This document shows positions 42,031-57,296 of a stretch of DNA of 64,000 bases, in pieces (within the stretch, counting starts at the first letter, position 1; each line of letters opens with the position of its first letter). The position numbers and the translations under genes are program-made. The stretch is from Auanema rhodensis. Taxonomy: Eukaryota; Animalia; Nematoda. The stretch is from assembly GCA_964057225.1 (NCBI GenBank), contig OZ059900.1, forward strand, positions 1,984,001 to 2,048,000, read 5' to 3'. Below the pieces are notes generated by a model. It was not told the DNA's origin and searched no databases. It saw only the letters and a program-made list of their open reading frames with translations.

Positions 42031-43393
42031 TTTTTATGAGTTTGCACTGATATTTATTCATTTTGATCAAAAAAGGTCGAAAATAGAAAGAATTTTTGAA
42101 TTTTCCGAGTTTTGAGTCCAATTGGGCTAAATCGCTCATATATATGATCAAAAGCATAGTTTTACTGTCTATGATAACAAAAGTCTTCAAATATACACTA
42201 ATAATGATTTAATCACTGAATTTCACTCAAATAGCATTACTACACTAAGTATGGTCGTTTTTATGCCTTTAACACCATATACTCACCGATTTTTGGTACA
42301 AAATCTGTGATACTCGTAAATTCTGATCATATTCGGTGAGATTCGAGAATCAAACACACAATACACGAAATAAGTTTATTTTTACGAGTTTGCACTGATA
42401 TTTATTCATTTTGATCAAAAAAGGTCGAAAATAGAAAGAATTTTTGAAATTTCCGAGTTTTGAGTCTAATTTGGCTAAATCGCTCATATATATGATCAAA
42501 AGCATAGTTTTACTGTCTATGATAACAAAAGTCTTCAAATATACACTAATAATGTGTAAATCACTGAATTTCACTCAAATAGCATTACTACACTAAGTAT
42601 GGTCGTTTTTATGCCTTTAACACCATATACTCACCGATTTTTGGTACAAAATCTGTAATACTTGTAAATTTTGATCATATTCGTTAAGATTCGAGAATCA
42701 AACACATAATACACGAAATAAGTCTATTTTTATGAGTTTGCACTGATATTTATTCATTTTGATCAAAAAAGGTCGAAAATAGAAAGAATTTTTGAATTTT
42801 CCGAGTTTTGAGTCCAATTGGGCTAAATCGCTCATATATATGATCAAAAGCATAGTTTTACTGTCTATGATAACAAAAGTCTTCAAATATACACTAATAA
42901 TGATTTAATCACTGAATTTCACTCAAATAGCATTACTACACTAAGTATGGTCGTTTTTATGCCTTTAACACCATATACTCACCGATTTTTGGTACAAAAT
43001 CTGTGATACTCGTAAATTCTGATCATATTCGGTGAGATTCGAGAATCAAACACACAATACACGAAATAAGTTTATTTTTACGAGTTTGCACTGATATTTA
43101 TTCATTTTGATCAAAAAAGGTCGAAAATAGAAAGAATTTTTGAAATTTCCGAGTTTTGAGTCTAATTTGGCTAAATCGCTCATATATATGATCAAAAGCA
43201 TAGTTTTACTGTCTATGATAACAAAAGTCTTCAAATATACACTAATAATGTGTAAATCACTGAATTTCACTCAAATAGCATTACTACACTAAGTATGGTC
43301 GTTTTTATGCCTTTAACACCATATACTCACCGATTTTTGGTACAAAATCTGTAATACTCGTAAATTTTGATCATATTCGTTAAGATTTGAGAA
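42002..43393. repeat. 2-monomer tandem duplication (696 bp)
   Basis: ORF pairs 42002/42698 and 42350/43046 are identical, and AATTCTGATC is present in both copies. Confidence 0.85.
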
Positions 43394-45827
43394 TCAAACA
43401 TACAATACACAAAATCAGTCTATTTTTATGAGCTTGCACTGATATATATTCATTTTGATCAAAAAAGGTCGAAAATAGAAAGAATTTTTGAAATTTACGA
43501 GTTTTGAATCTAATTTGGCTAAATCGCTCATATATATGATCAAAAGCATAGTTTTACTGTCTATGATAACAAAAGTCTTCAAATATACACTAATAATGAT
43601 TAAATCACTGAATTTCACTCAAATAGCATTACTACACTAAGTATGGTCGTTTTTATGCCTTTAACACCATATACTCACCGATTTTTGGTACAAAATCTGT
43701 GATACTCGTAAATTTTGATCATATTCGGTGAGATTCGAGAATCAAACACACAATACACGAAATAAGTTTATTTTCATGAGCTTGCACTGATATATATTCA
43801 TTTTGATCAAAAAAGGTCGAAAATAGAAAGAATTTTTGAAATTTACGAGTTTTGAGTCTAATTTGGCTAAATCGCTCATATATATGATCAGAAGCATAGT
43901 TTTATTGTCTATGACAACAAAAGTCATCAATTAAACGCTAGTGATGTTTAAATACTGATTTTCGCTCAAATAGCATTACTACACTAAGTATGGTCGTTTT
44001 TATGCCTTTAACACCATATACTCACCGATTTTTGGTACAAAATCTGTAATACTCGTAAATTTTGATCATATTCGTTAAGATTTGAGAATCAAACACATAA
44101 TACACGAAATAAGTCTATTTTTATGAGTTTGCACTGATATTCATTCATTTTGATCAAAAAAGGTCGAAAATAGAAAGAATTTTTGAATTTTCCGAGTTTT
44201 GAGTCCAATTGGGCTAAATCGCTCATATATATGATCAAAAGCATAGTTTTACTGTCTATGATAACAAAAGTCTTCAAATATACACTGATAATGATTTAAT
44301 CACTGAATTTCACTCAAATAGCATTACTACACTAAGTATGGTCGTTTTTATGCCTTTAACACCATATACTCACCGATTTTTGGTACAAAATCTGTGATAC
44401 TCGTAAATTCTGATCATATTCGGTGAGATTCGAGAATCAAACACACAATACACGAAATAAGTTTATTTTTACGAGTTTGCACTGATATTTATTCATTTTG
44501 ATCAAAAAAGGTCGAAAATAGAAAGAATTTTTGAAATTTCCGAGTTTTGAGTCTAATTTGGCTAAATCGCTCATATATATGATCAAAAGCATAGTTTTAT
44601 TGTCTATGACAACAAAAGTCATCAATTAAACGCTAGTGATGTTTAAATACTGAATTTCGCTCAAATAGCATTACTACACTAAGTATGGTCGTTTTTATGC
44701 CTTTAACACCATATACTCACCGATTTTTGGTACAAAATCTGTAATACTCGTAAATTTTGATCATATTCGTTAAGATTCGAGAATCAAACACATAATACAC
44801 GAAATAAGTCTATTTTTATGAGTTTGCACTGATATTTATTCATTTTGATCAAAAAAGGTCGAAAATAGAAAGAATTTTTGAATTTTCCGAGTTTTGAGTC
44901 CAATTGGGCTAAATCGCTCATATATATGATCAGAAGCATAGTTTTATTGTCTATGACAACAAAAGTCATTAGTTAAACACTAATGATGTGTAAATCACTG
45001 AATTTCACTCAAATAGCATTACTACACTAAGTATGGTCGTTTTTATGCCTTTAACACCATATACTCACCGATTTTTGGTACAAAATCTGTAATACTTGTA
45101 AATTTTGATCATATTCGTTAAGATTTGAGAATCAAACATACAATACACAAAATCAGTCTATTTTTATGAGCTTGCACTGATATATATTCATTTTGATCAA
45201 AAAAGGTCGAAAATAGAAAGAATTTTTGAATTTTCCGAGTTTTGAGTCCAATTGGGCTAAATCGCTCATATATATGATTAAAAGCATAGTTTTACTGTCT
45301 ATGATAACAAAAGTCTTCAAATATACACTAATAATGATTTAATCACTGAATTTCACTCAAATAGCATTACTACACTAAGTATGGTCGTTTTTATGCCTTT
45401 AACACCATATACTCACCGATTTTTGGTACAAAATCTGTGATACTCGTAAATTCTGATCATATTCGGTGAGATTCGAGAATCAAACACACAATACACGAAA
45501 TAAGTTTATTTTTACGAGTTTGCACTGATATTTATTCATTTTGATCAAAAAAGGTCGAAAATAGAAAGAATTTTTGAAATTTCCGAGTTTTGAGTCTAAT
45601 TTGGCTAAATCGCTCATATATATGATCAAAAGCATAGTTTTACTGTCTATGATAACAAAAGTCTTCAAATATACACTAATAATGTGTAAATCACTGAATT
45701 TCACTCAAATAGCATTACTACACTAAGTATGGTCGTTTTTATGCCTTTAACACCATATACTCACCGATTTTTGGTACAAAATCTGTAATACTCGTAAATT
45801 TTGATCATATTCGTTAAGATTTGAGAA

Positions 45828-48800
45828 TCAAACATACAATACACAAAATCAGTCTATTTTTATGAGCTTGCACTGATATATATTCATTTTGATCAAAAAA
45901 GGTCGAAAATAGAAAGAATTTTTGAAATTTACGAGTTTTGAATCTAATTTGGCTAAATCGCTCATATATATGATCAAAAGCATAGTTTTACTGTCTATGA
46001 TAACAAAAGTCTTCAAATATACACTAATAATGATTAAATCACTGAATTTCACTCAAATAGCATTACTACACTAAGTATGGTCGTTTTTATGCCTTTAACA
46101 CCATATACTCACCGATTTTTGGTACAAAATCTTTGATACTCGTAAATTTTGATCATATTCGTTAAGATTTGAAAATCAAACATACAATACACAAAATCAG
46201 TCTATTTTCATGAGCTTGCACTGATATATATTCATTTTGATCAAAAAAGGTCGAAAATAGAAAGAATTTTTGAAATTTACGAGTTTTGAGTCTAATTTGG
46301 CTAAATCGCTCATATATATGATCAGAAGCATAGTTTTATTGTCTATGACAACAAAAGTCATTAGTTAAACACTAATGATGTTTAAATCACTAAATTTCGC
46401 TCAAATAGCATTACTACACTAACTATGGTCGTTTTTATGCCTTTAACACCATATACTCACCGATTTTTGGTACAAAATCTGTAATACTTGTAAATTTTGA
46501 TCATATTCGTTAAGATTCGAGAATCAAACACATAATACACAAAATAAGTCTATTTTTATGAGTTTGCACTGATATTTATTCATTTTGATCAAAAAAGGTC
46601 GAAAATAGAAAGAATTTTTGAATTTTCCGAGTTTTGAGTCCAATTGGGCTAAATCGCTCATATATATGATCAAAAGCATAGTTTTACTGTCTATGATAAC
46701 AAAAGTCTTCAAATATACACTGATAATGATTTAATCACTGAATTTCACTCAAATAGCATTACTACACTAAGTATGGTCGTTTTTATGCCTTTAACACCAT
46801 ATACTCACCGATTTTTGGTACAAAATCTGTAATACTCGTAAATTTTGATCATATTCGGTGAGATTCGAGAATCAAACACACAATACACGAAATAAGTCTA
46901 TTTTTATGAGTTTGCACTGATATTTATTCATTTTGATCAAAAAAGGTCGAAAATAGAAAGAATTTTTGAAATTTCCGAGTTTTGAGTCTAATTTGGCTAA
47001 ATCGCTCATATACATGATCAGAAGCATAGTTTTATTGTCTATGATAACAAAAGTCTTCAAATATACACTAATAATGTGTAAATCACTGAATTTCACTCAA
47101 ATAGCATTACTAAACTAAGTATGGTCGTTTTTATGCCTTTAACACCATATACTCACCGATTTTTGGTACAAAATCTGTAATACTCGTAAATTTTGATCAT
47201 ATTCGTTAAGATTCGAGAATCAAACATACAATACACAAAATCAGTCTATTTTTATGAGCTTGCACTGATATATATTCATTTTGATCAAAAAAGGTCGAAA
47301 ATAGAAAGAATTTTTGAAATTTACGAGTTTTGAATCTAATTTGGCTAAATCGCTCATATATATGATCAAAAGCATAGTTTTACTGTCTATGATAACAAAA
47401 GTCTTCAAATATACACTAATAATGATTAAATCACTGAATTTCACTCAAATAGCATTACTACACTAAGTATGGTCGTTTTTATGCCTTTAACACCATATAC
47501 TCACCGATTTTTGGTACAAAATCTTTGATACTCGTAAATTTTGATCATATTCGTTAAGATTTGAAAATCAAACATACAATACACAAAATCAGTCTATTTT
47601 CATGAGCTTGCACTGATATATATTCATTTTGATCAAAAAAGGTCGAAAATAGAAAGAATTTTTGAAATTTACGAGTTTTGAGTCTAATTTGGCTAAATCG
47701 CTCATATATATGATCAGAAGCATAGTTTTATTGTCTATGACAACAAAAGTCATTAGTTAAACACTAATGATGTTTAAATCACTAAATTTCGCTCAAATAG
47801 CATTACTACACTAACTATGGTCGTTTTTATGCCTTTAACACCATATACTCACCGATTTTTGGTACAAAATCTGTAATACTTGTAAATTTTGATCATATTC
47901 GTTAAGATTCGAGAATCAAACACATAATACACAAAATAAGTCTATTTTTATGAGTTTGCACTGATATTTATTCATTTTGATCAAAAAAGGTCGAAAATAG
48001 AAAGAATTTTTGAATTTTCCGAGTTTTGAGTCCAATTGGGCTAAATCGCTCATATATATGATCAAAAGCATAGTTTTACTGTCTATGATAACAAAAGTCT
48101 TCAAATATACACTGATAATGATTTAATCACTGAATTTCACTCAAATAGCATTACTACACTAAGTATGGTCGTTTTTATGCCTTTAACACCATATACTCAC
48201 CGATTTTTGGTACAAAATCTGTAATACTCGTAAATTTTGATCATATTCGGTGAGATTCGAGAATCAAACACACAATACACGAAATAAGTCTATTTTTATG
48301 AGTTTGCACTGATATTTATTCATTTTGATCAAAAAAGGTCGAAAATAGAAAGAATTTTTGAAATTTCCGAGTTTTGAGTCTAATTTGGCTAAATCGCTCA
48401 TATATATGATCAAAAGCATAGTTTTACTGTCTATGATAACAAAAGTCTTCAAATATACACTAATGATGTGTAAATCACTGAATTTCACTCAAATAGCTTT
48501 ACTACACTAAGTATGGTCGTTTTTATGCCTTTAACACCATATACTCAACGATTTTTGGTACAAAATCTGTAATACTCGTAAATTTTGATCATATTCGTTA
48601 AGATTTGAAAATCAAACATACAATACACAAAATCAGTCTATTTTCATGAGCTTGCACTGATATATATTCATTTTGATCAAAAAAGGTCGAAAATAGAAAG
48701 AATTTTTGAAATTTACGAGTTTTGAGTCTAATTTGGCTAAATCGCTCATATATATGATCAGAAGCATAGTTTTATTGTCTATGACAACAAAAGTCATTAG

Positions 48801-49300
48801 TTAAACACTAATGATGTTTAAATCACTAAATTTCGCTCAAATAGCATTACTACACTAAGTATGGTCGTTTTTATGCCTTTAACACCATATACTCACCGAT
48901 TTTTGGTACAAAATCTGTAATACTTGTAAATTTTGATCATATTCGTTAAGATTCGAGAATCAAACACATAATACACAAAATAAGTCTATTTTTATGAGTT
49001 CGCACTGATATTTATTCATTTTGATCAAAAAAGGTCGAAAATAGAAAGAATTTTTGAATTTTCCGAGTTTTGAGTCCAATTGGGCTAAATCGCTCATATA
49101 TATGATCAAAAGCATAGTTTTACTGTCTATGATAACAAAAGTCTTCAAATATACACTGATAATGATTTAATCACTGAATTTCACTCAAATAGCATTACTA
49201 CACTAAGTATGGTCGTTTTTATGCCTTTAACACCATATACTCACCGATTTTTGGTACAAAATCTGTAATACTCGTAAATTTTGATCATATTCGTTAAGAT
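45828..49300. repeat. 4-monomer repeat (1392 bp) followed by a 3-monomer-offset partial copy (1044 bp)
   Basis: ORFs 45849/47241, 46524/47916/48960 and 46872/48264 match; variants ATCTTTGATAC, CTAACTATGG and TTTTCATGAG. Confidence 0.85.
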
Positions 49301-49307
49301 TTGAGAA

Positions 49308-52300
49308 TCAAACATACAATACACAAAATCAGTCTATTTTTATGAGCTTGCACTGATATATATTCATTTTGATCAAAAAAGGTCGAAAATAGAAAGAATT
49401 TTTGAAATTTCCGAGTTTTTAGTCTAATTTGGCTAAATCGCTCATATACATGATCAGAAGCATAGTTTTATTGTCTATGACAACAAAAGTCATCAATTAA
49501 ACGCTAGTGATGTTTAAATCACTGAATTTCACTCAAATAGCTTTACTACACTAAGTATGGTCGTTTTTATGCCTTTAACACCATATACTCAACGATTTTT
49601 GGTACAAAATCTGTAATACTCGTAAATTTTGATCATATTCGTTAAGATTTGAGAATCAAACATACAATACACAAAATCAGTCTATTTTTATGAGCTTGCA
49701 CTGATATATATTCATTTTGATCAAAAAAGGTCGAAAATAGAAAGAATTTTTGAAATTTCCGAGTTTTTAGTCTAATTTGGCTAAATCGCTCATATACATG
49801 ATCAGAAGCATAGTTTTATTGTCTATGACAACAAAAGTCATCAATTAAACGCTAGTGATGTTTAAATACTGATTTTCGCTCAAATAGCATTACTACACTA
49901 AGTATGGTCGTTTTTATGCCTTTAACACCATATACTCACCGATTTTTGGTACAAAATCTGTGATACTCGTAAATTTTGATCATATTCGGTGAGATTCGAG
50001 AATCAAACATACAATACACAAAATCAGTCTATTTTTTTGAGCTTGCACTGATATATATTCATTTTGATCAAAAAAGGTAGAAAATAGAAAGAATTTTTGA
50101 AATTTACGAGTTTTGAGTCTAATTTGGCTAAATCGCTCATATATATGATCAGAAGCATAGTTTTATTGTCTATGATAACAAAAGTCTTCAAATATACACT
50201 AATAATGTGTAAATCACTGAATTTCACTCAAATAGCATTACTACACTAAGTATGGTCGTTTTCATGCCTTTAACACCATATACTCACCGATTTTTGGTAC
50301 AAAATCTGTGATACTCGTAAATTTTGATCATATTCGGTGAGATTCGAGAATCAAACACACAATACACGAAATAAGTTTATTTTTACGAGTTTGCACTGAT
50401 ATTTATTCATTTTGATCAAAAAAGGTCGAAAATAGAAAGAATTTTTGAAATTTCCGAGTTTTGAGTCTAATTTGGCTAAATCGCTCATATATATGATCAA
50501 AAGCATAGTTTTATTGTCTATGACAACAAAAGTCATAAATTAAACGCTAGTGATGTTTAAATACTGATTTTCGCTCAAATAGCATTACTACACTAAGTAT
50601 GGTCGTTTTTATGCCTTTAACACCATATACTCACCGATTTTTGGTACAAAATCTGTGATACTCGTAAATTTTGATCATATTCGGTGAGATTCGAGGATCG
50701 AACACACAATACACGAAATATGTTTATTTTGACGAGTTTGCACTGATATTTATTCATTTTGATCAAAAAAGGTCGAAAATAGAAAGAATTTTTGAAATTT
50801 CCGAGTTTTGAGTCTAATTTGGCTAAATCGCTCATATACATGATCAGAAGCATAGTTTTATTGTCTATGACAACAAAAGTCATCAATTAAACGCTAGTGA
50901 TGTTTAAATACTGATTTTCGCTCAAATAGCATTACTACACTAAGTATGGTCGTTTTTATGCCTTTAACACCATATACTCACCGATTTTTGGTACAAAATC
51001 TGTAATACTCGTAAATTTTGATCATATTCGTTAAGATTTGAAAATCAAACACACAATAAACAAAATCAGTCTATTTTTATGAGCTTGCACTGATATATAT
51101 TCATTTTGATCAAAAAAGGTCGAAAATAGAAAGAATTTTTGAAATTTACGAGTTTTGAGTCTAATTTGGCTAAATCGCTCATATATATGATCAAAAGCAT
51201 AGTTTTACTGTCTATGATAACAAAAGTCTTCAAATATACACTAATAATGTGTAAATCACTGAATTTCACTCAAATGCATTACTACACTAAGTATGGTCGT
51301 TTTTATGCCTTTAACACCATATACTCACCGATTTTTGGTACAAAATCTGTAATACTTGTAAATTTTGATCATATTCGTTAAGATTCGAGAATCAAACACA
51401 CAATACACGAAATAAGTTTATTTTTACGAGTTTGCACTGATATTTATTCATTTTGATCAAAAAAGGTCGAAAATAGAAAGAATTTTTGAAATTTCCGAGT
51501 TTTGAGTCTAATTTGGCTAAATTGCTCATATACATGATCAGAAGCATAGTTTTATTGTCTCTGACAACAAAAGTCATCAATTAAACGCTAGTGATGTTTA
51601 AATACTGATTTTCGCTCAAATAGCATTACTACACTAAGTATGGTCGTTTTTATGCCTTTAACACCATATACTCACCGATTTTTGGTACAAAATCTGTAAT
51701 ACTCGTAAATTTTGATCATATTCGTTAAGATTTGAGAATCAAACATACAATACACAAAATCAGTCTATTTTTATGAGCTTGCACTGATATATATTCATTT
51801 TGATCAAAAAAGGTCGAAAATAGAAAGAATTTTTGAAATTTCCGAGTTTTTAGTCTAATTTGGCTAAATCGCTCATATACATGATCAGAAGCATAGTTTT
51901 ATTGTCTATGACAACAAAAGTCATCAATTAAACGCTAGTGATGTTTAAATCACTGAATTTCACTCAAATAGCTTTACTACACTAAGTATGGTCGTTTTTA
52001 TGCCTTTAACACCATATACTCAACGATTTTTGGTACAAAATCTGTAATACTCGTAAATTTTGATCATATTCGTTAAGATTTGAGAATCAAACACACAATA
52101 AACAAAATCAGTCTATTTTTATGAGCTTGCACTGATATATATTCATTTTGATCAAAAAAGGTCGAAAATAGAAAGAATTTTTGAAATTTACGAGTTTTGA
52201 GTCTAATTTGGCTAAATCGCTCATATACATGATCAGAAGCATAGTTTTATTGTCTATGACAACAAAAGTCATCAATTAAACGCTAGTGATGTTTAAATAC

Positions 52301-55300
52301 TGATTTTCGCTCAAATAGCATTACTACACTAAGTATGGTCGTTTTTATGCCTTTAACACCATATACTCACCGATTTTTGGTACAAAATCTGTGATACTCG
52401 TAAATTTTGATCATATTCGGTGAGATTCGAGAATCAAACATACAATACACAAAATCAGTCTATTTTTATGAGCTTGCACTGATATATATTCATTTTGATC
52501 AAAAAAGGTAGAAAATAGAAAGAATTTTTGAAATTTACGAGTTTTGAGTCTAATTTGGCTAAATCGCTCATATATATGATCAGAAGCATAGTTTTATTGT
52601 CTATGATAACAAAAGTCTTTAAATATACACTAATAATGTGTAAATCACTGAATTTCACTCAAATAGCATTACTACACTAAGTATGGTCGTTTTCATGCCT
52701 TTAACACCATATACTCACCGATTTTTGGTACAAAATCTGTGATACTCGTAAATTTTGATCATATTCGGTGAGATTCGAGAATCAAACACACAATACACGA
52801 AATAAGTTTATTTTTACGAGTTTGCACTGATATTTATTCATTTTGATCAAAAAAGGTCGAAAATAGAAAGAATTTTTGAAATTTCCGAGTTTTGAGTCTA
52901 ATTTGGCTAAATCGCTCATATATATGATCAAAAGCATAGTTTTATTGTCTATGACAACAAAAGTCATCAATTAAACGCTAGTGATGTTTAAATCACTGAA
53001 TTTCACTCAAATAGCTTTACTACACTAAGTATGGTCGTTTTTATGCCTTTAACACCATATACTCACCGATTTTTGGTACAAAATCTGTGATACTCGTAAA
53101 TTTTGATCATATTCGGTGAGATTCGAGAATCAAACATACAATACACAAAATCAGTCTATTTTTTTGAGCTTGCACTGATATATATTCATTTTGATCAAAA
53201 AAGGTAGAAAATAGAAAGAATTTTTGAAATTTACGAGTTTTGAGTCTAATTTGGCTAAATCGCTCATATATATGATCAGAAGCATAGTTTTATTGTCTAT
53301 GATAACAAAAGTCTTCAAATATACACTAATAATGTGTAAATCACTGAATTTCACTCAAATAGCATTACTACACTAAGTATGGTCGTTTTCATGCCTTTAA
53401 CACCATATACTCACCGATTTTTGGTACAAAATCTGTGATACTCGTAAATTTTGATCATATTCGGTGAGATTCGAGAATCAAACACACAATACACGAAATA
53501 AGTTTATTTTTACGAGTTTGCACTGATATTTATTCATTTTGATCAAAAAAGGTCGAAAATAGAAAGAATTTTTGAAATTTCCGAGTTTTGAGTCTAATTT
53601 GGCTAAATCGCTCATATATATGATCAAAAGCATAGTTTTATTGTCTATGACAACAAAAGTCATAAATTAAACGCTAGTGATGTTTAAATACTGATTTTCG
53701 CTCAAATAGCATTACTACACTAAGTATGGTCGTTTTTATGCCTTTAACACCATATACTCACCGATTTTTGGTACAAAATCTGTGATACTCGTAAATTTTG
53801 ATCATATTCGGTGAGATTCGAGGATCGAACACACAATACACGAAATATGTTTATTTTGACGAGTTTGCACTGATATTTATTCATTTTGATCAAAAAAGGT
53901 CGAAAATAGAAAGAATTTTTGAAATTTCCGAGTTTTGAGTCTAATTTGGCTAAATCGCTCATATACATGATCAGAAGCATAGTTTTATTGTCTATGACAA
54001 CAAAAGTCATCAATTAAACGCTAGTGATGTTTAAATACTGATTTTCGCTCAAATAGCATTACTACACTAAGTATGGTCGTTTTTATGCCTTTAACACCAT
54101 ATACTCACCGATTTTTGGTACAAAATCTGTAATACTCGTAAATTTTGATCATATTCGTTAAGATTTGAAAATCAAACACACAATAAACAAAATCAGTCTA
54201 TTTTTATGAGCTTGCACTGATATATATTCATTTTGATCAAAAAAGGTCGAAAATAGAAAGAATTTTTGAAATTTACGAGTTTTGAGTCTAATTTGGCTAA
54301 ATCGCTCATATATATGATCAAAAGCATAGTTTTACTGTCTATGATAACAAAAGTCTTCAAATATACACTAATAATGTGTAAATCACTGAATTTCACTCAA
54401 ATGCATTACTACACTAAGTATGGTCGTTTTTATGCCTTTAACACCATATACTCACCGATTTTTGGTACAAAATCTGTAATACTTGTAAATTTTGATCATA
54501 TTCGTTAAGATTCGAGAATCAAACACACAATACACGAAATAAGTTTATTTTTACGAGTTTGCACTGATATTTATTCATTTTGATCAAAAAAGGTCGAAAA
54601 TAGAAAGAATTTTTGAAATTTCCGAGTTTTGAGTCTAATTTGGCTAAATTGCTCATATACATGATCAGAAGCATAGTTTTATTGTCTCTGACAACAAAAG
54701 TCATCAATTAAACGCTAGTGATGTTTAAATACTGATTTTCGCTCAAATAGCATTACTACACTAAGTATGGTCGTTTTTATGCCTTTAACACCATATACTC
54801 ACCGATTTTTGGTACAAAATCTGTAATACTCGTAAATTTTGATCATATTCGTTAAGATTTGAGAATCAAACATACAATACACAAAATCAGTCTATTTTTA
54901 TGAGCTTGCACTGATATATATTCATTTTGATCAAAAAAGGTCGAAAATAGAAAGAATTTTTGAAATTTCCGAGTTTTTAGTCTAATTTGGCTAAATCGCT
55001 CATATACATGATCAGAAGCATAGTTTTATTGTCTATGACAACAAAAGTCATCAATTAAACGCTAGTGATGTTTAAATCACTGAATTTCACTCAAATAGCT
55101 TTACTACACTAAGTATGGTCGTTTTTATGCCTTTAACACCATATACTCAACGATTTTTGGTACAAAATCTGTAATACTCGTAAATTTTGATCATATTCGT
55201 TAAGATTTGAGAATCAAACACACAATAAACAAAATCAGTCTATTTTTATGAGCTTGCACTGATATATATTCATTTTGATCAAAAAAGGTCGAAAATAGAA

Positions 55301-57296
55301 AGAATTTTTGAAATTTACGAGTTTTGAGTCTAATTTGGCTAAATCGCTCATATACATGATCAGAAGCATAGTTTTATTGTCTATGACAACAAAAGTCATC
55401 AATTAAACGCTAGTGATGTTTAAATACTGATTTTCGCTCAAATAGCATTACTACACTAAGTATGGTCGTTTTTATGCCTTTAACACCATATACTCACCGA
55501 TTTTTGGTACAAAATCTGTGATACTCGTAAATTTTGATCATATTCGGTGAGATTCGAGAATCAAACATACAATACACAAAATCAGTCTATTTTTATGAGC
55601 TTGCACTGATATATATTCATTTTGATCAAAAAAGGTAGAAAATAGAAAGAATTTTTGAAATTTACGAGTTTTGAGTCTAATTTGGCTAAATCGCTCATAT
55701 ATATGATCAGAAGCATAGTTTTATTGTCTATGATAACAAAAGTCTTTAAATATACACTAATAATGTGTAAATCACTGAATTTCACTCAAATAGCATTACT
55801 ACACTAAGTATGGTCGTTTTCATGCCTTTAACACCATATACTCACCGATTTTTGGTACAAAATCTGTGATACTCGTAAATTTTGATCATATTCGGTGAGA
55901 TTCGAGAATCAAACACACAATACACGAAATAAGTTTATTTTTACGAGTTTGCACTGATATTTATTCATTTTGATCAAAAAAGGTCGAAAATAGAAAGAAT
56001 TTTTGAAATTTCCGAGTTTTGAGTCTAATTTGGCTAAATCGCTCATATATATGATCAAAAGCATAGTTTTATTGTCTATGACAACAAAAGTCATAAATTA
56101 AACGCTAGTGATGTTTAAATACTGATTTTCGCTCAAATAGCATTACTACACTAAGTATGGTCGTTTTTATGCCTTTAACACCATATACTCACCGATTTTT
56201 GGTACAAAATCTGTGATACTCGTAAATTTTGATCATATTCGGTGAGATTCGAGGATCGAACACACAATACACGAAATATGTTTATTTTGACGAGTTTGCA
56301 CTGATATTTATTCATTTTGATCAAAAAAGGTCGAAAATAGAAAGAATTTTTGAAATTTCCGAGTTTTGAGTCTAATTTGGCTAAATCGCTCATATACATG
56401 ATCAGAAGCATAGTTTTATTGTCTATGACAACAAAAGTCATCAATTAAACGCTAGTGATGTTTAAATACTGATTTTCGCTCAAATAGCATTACTACACTA
56501 AGTATGGTCGTTTTTATGCCTTTAACACCATATACTCACCGATTTTTGGTACAAAATCTGTAATACTCGTAAATTTTGATCATATTCGTTAAGATTTGAA
56601 AATCAAACACACAATAAACAAAATCAGTCTATTTTTATGAGCTTGCACTGATATATATTCATTTTGATCAAAAAAGGTCGAAAATAGAAAGAATTTTTGA
56701 AATTTACGAGTTTTGAGTCTAATTTGGCTAAATCGCTCATATATATGATCAAAAGCATAGTTTTACTGTCTATGATAACAAAAGTCTTCAAATATACACT
56801 AATAATGTGTAAATCACTGAATTTCACTCAAATGCATTACTACACTAAGTATGGTCGTTTTTATGCCTTTAACACCATATACTCACCGATTTTTGGTACA
56901 AAATCTGTAATACTTGTAAATTTTGATCATATTTGTTAAGATTCGAGAATCAAACACACAATACACGAAATAAGTTTATTTTTACGAGTTTGCACTGATA
57001 TTTATTCATTTTGATCAAAAAAGGTCGAAAATAGAAAGAATTTTTGAAATTTCCGAGTTTTGAGTCTAATTTGGCTAAATTGCTCATATACATGATCAGA
57101 AGCATAGTTTTATTGTCTCTGACAACAAAAGTCATCAATTAAACGCTAGTGATGTTTAAATACTGATTTTCGCTCAAATAGCATTACTACACTAAGTATG
57201 GTCGTTTTTATGCCTTTAACACCATATACTCACCGATTTTTGGTACAAAATCTGTAATACTCGTAAATTTTGATCATATTCGTTAAGATTTGAGAA
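49308..57296. repeat. 7-monomer higher-order repeat (2431 bp), about 3 copies, one carrying an extra dimer (3127-bp 9-mer)
   Basis: ORFs 50617/53744/56175, 51066/54193/56624, 51392/54519/56950 and 50024/52455/53151/55582 match. Markers are the 1-bp deletion CAAATGCATT and the variants GGTAGAAAA and GTCTCTGAC. Confidence 0.9.

Noticed and set aside
51139-56939. Three 80-aa plus-strand ORFs
   Set aside because: They are created by a 1-bp deletion (CAAATGCATT versus CAAATAGCATT) that removes a stop and was copied by the 7/9-mer repeat.
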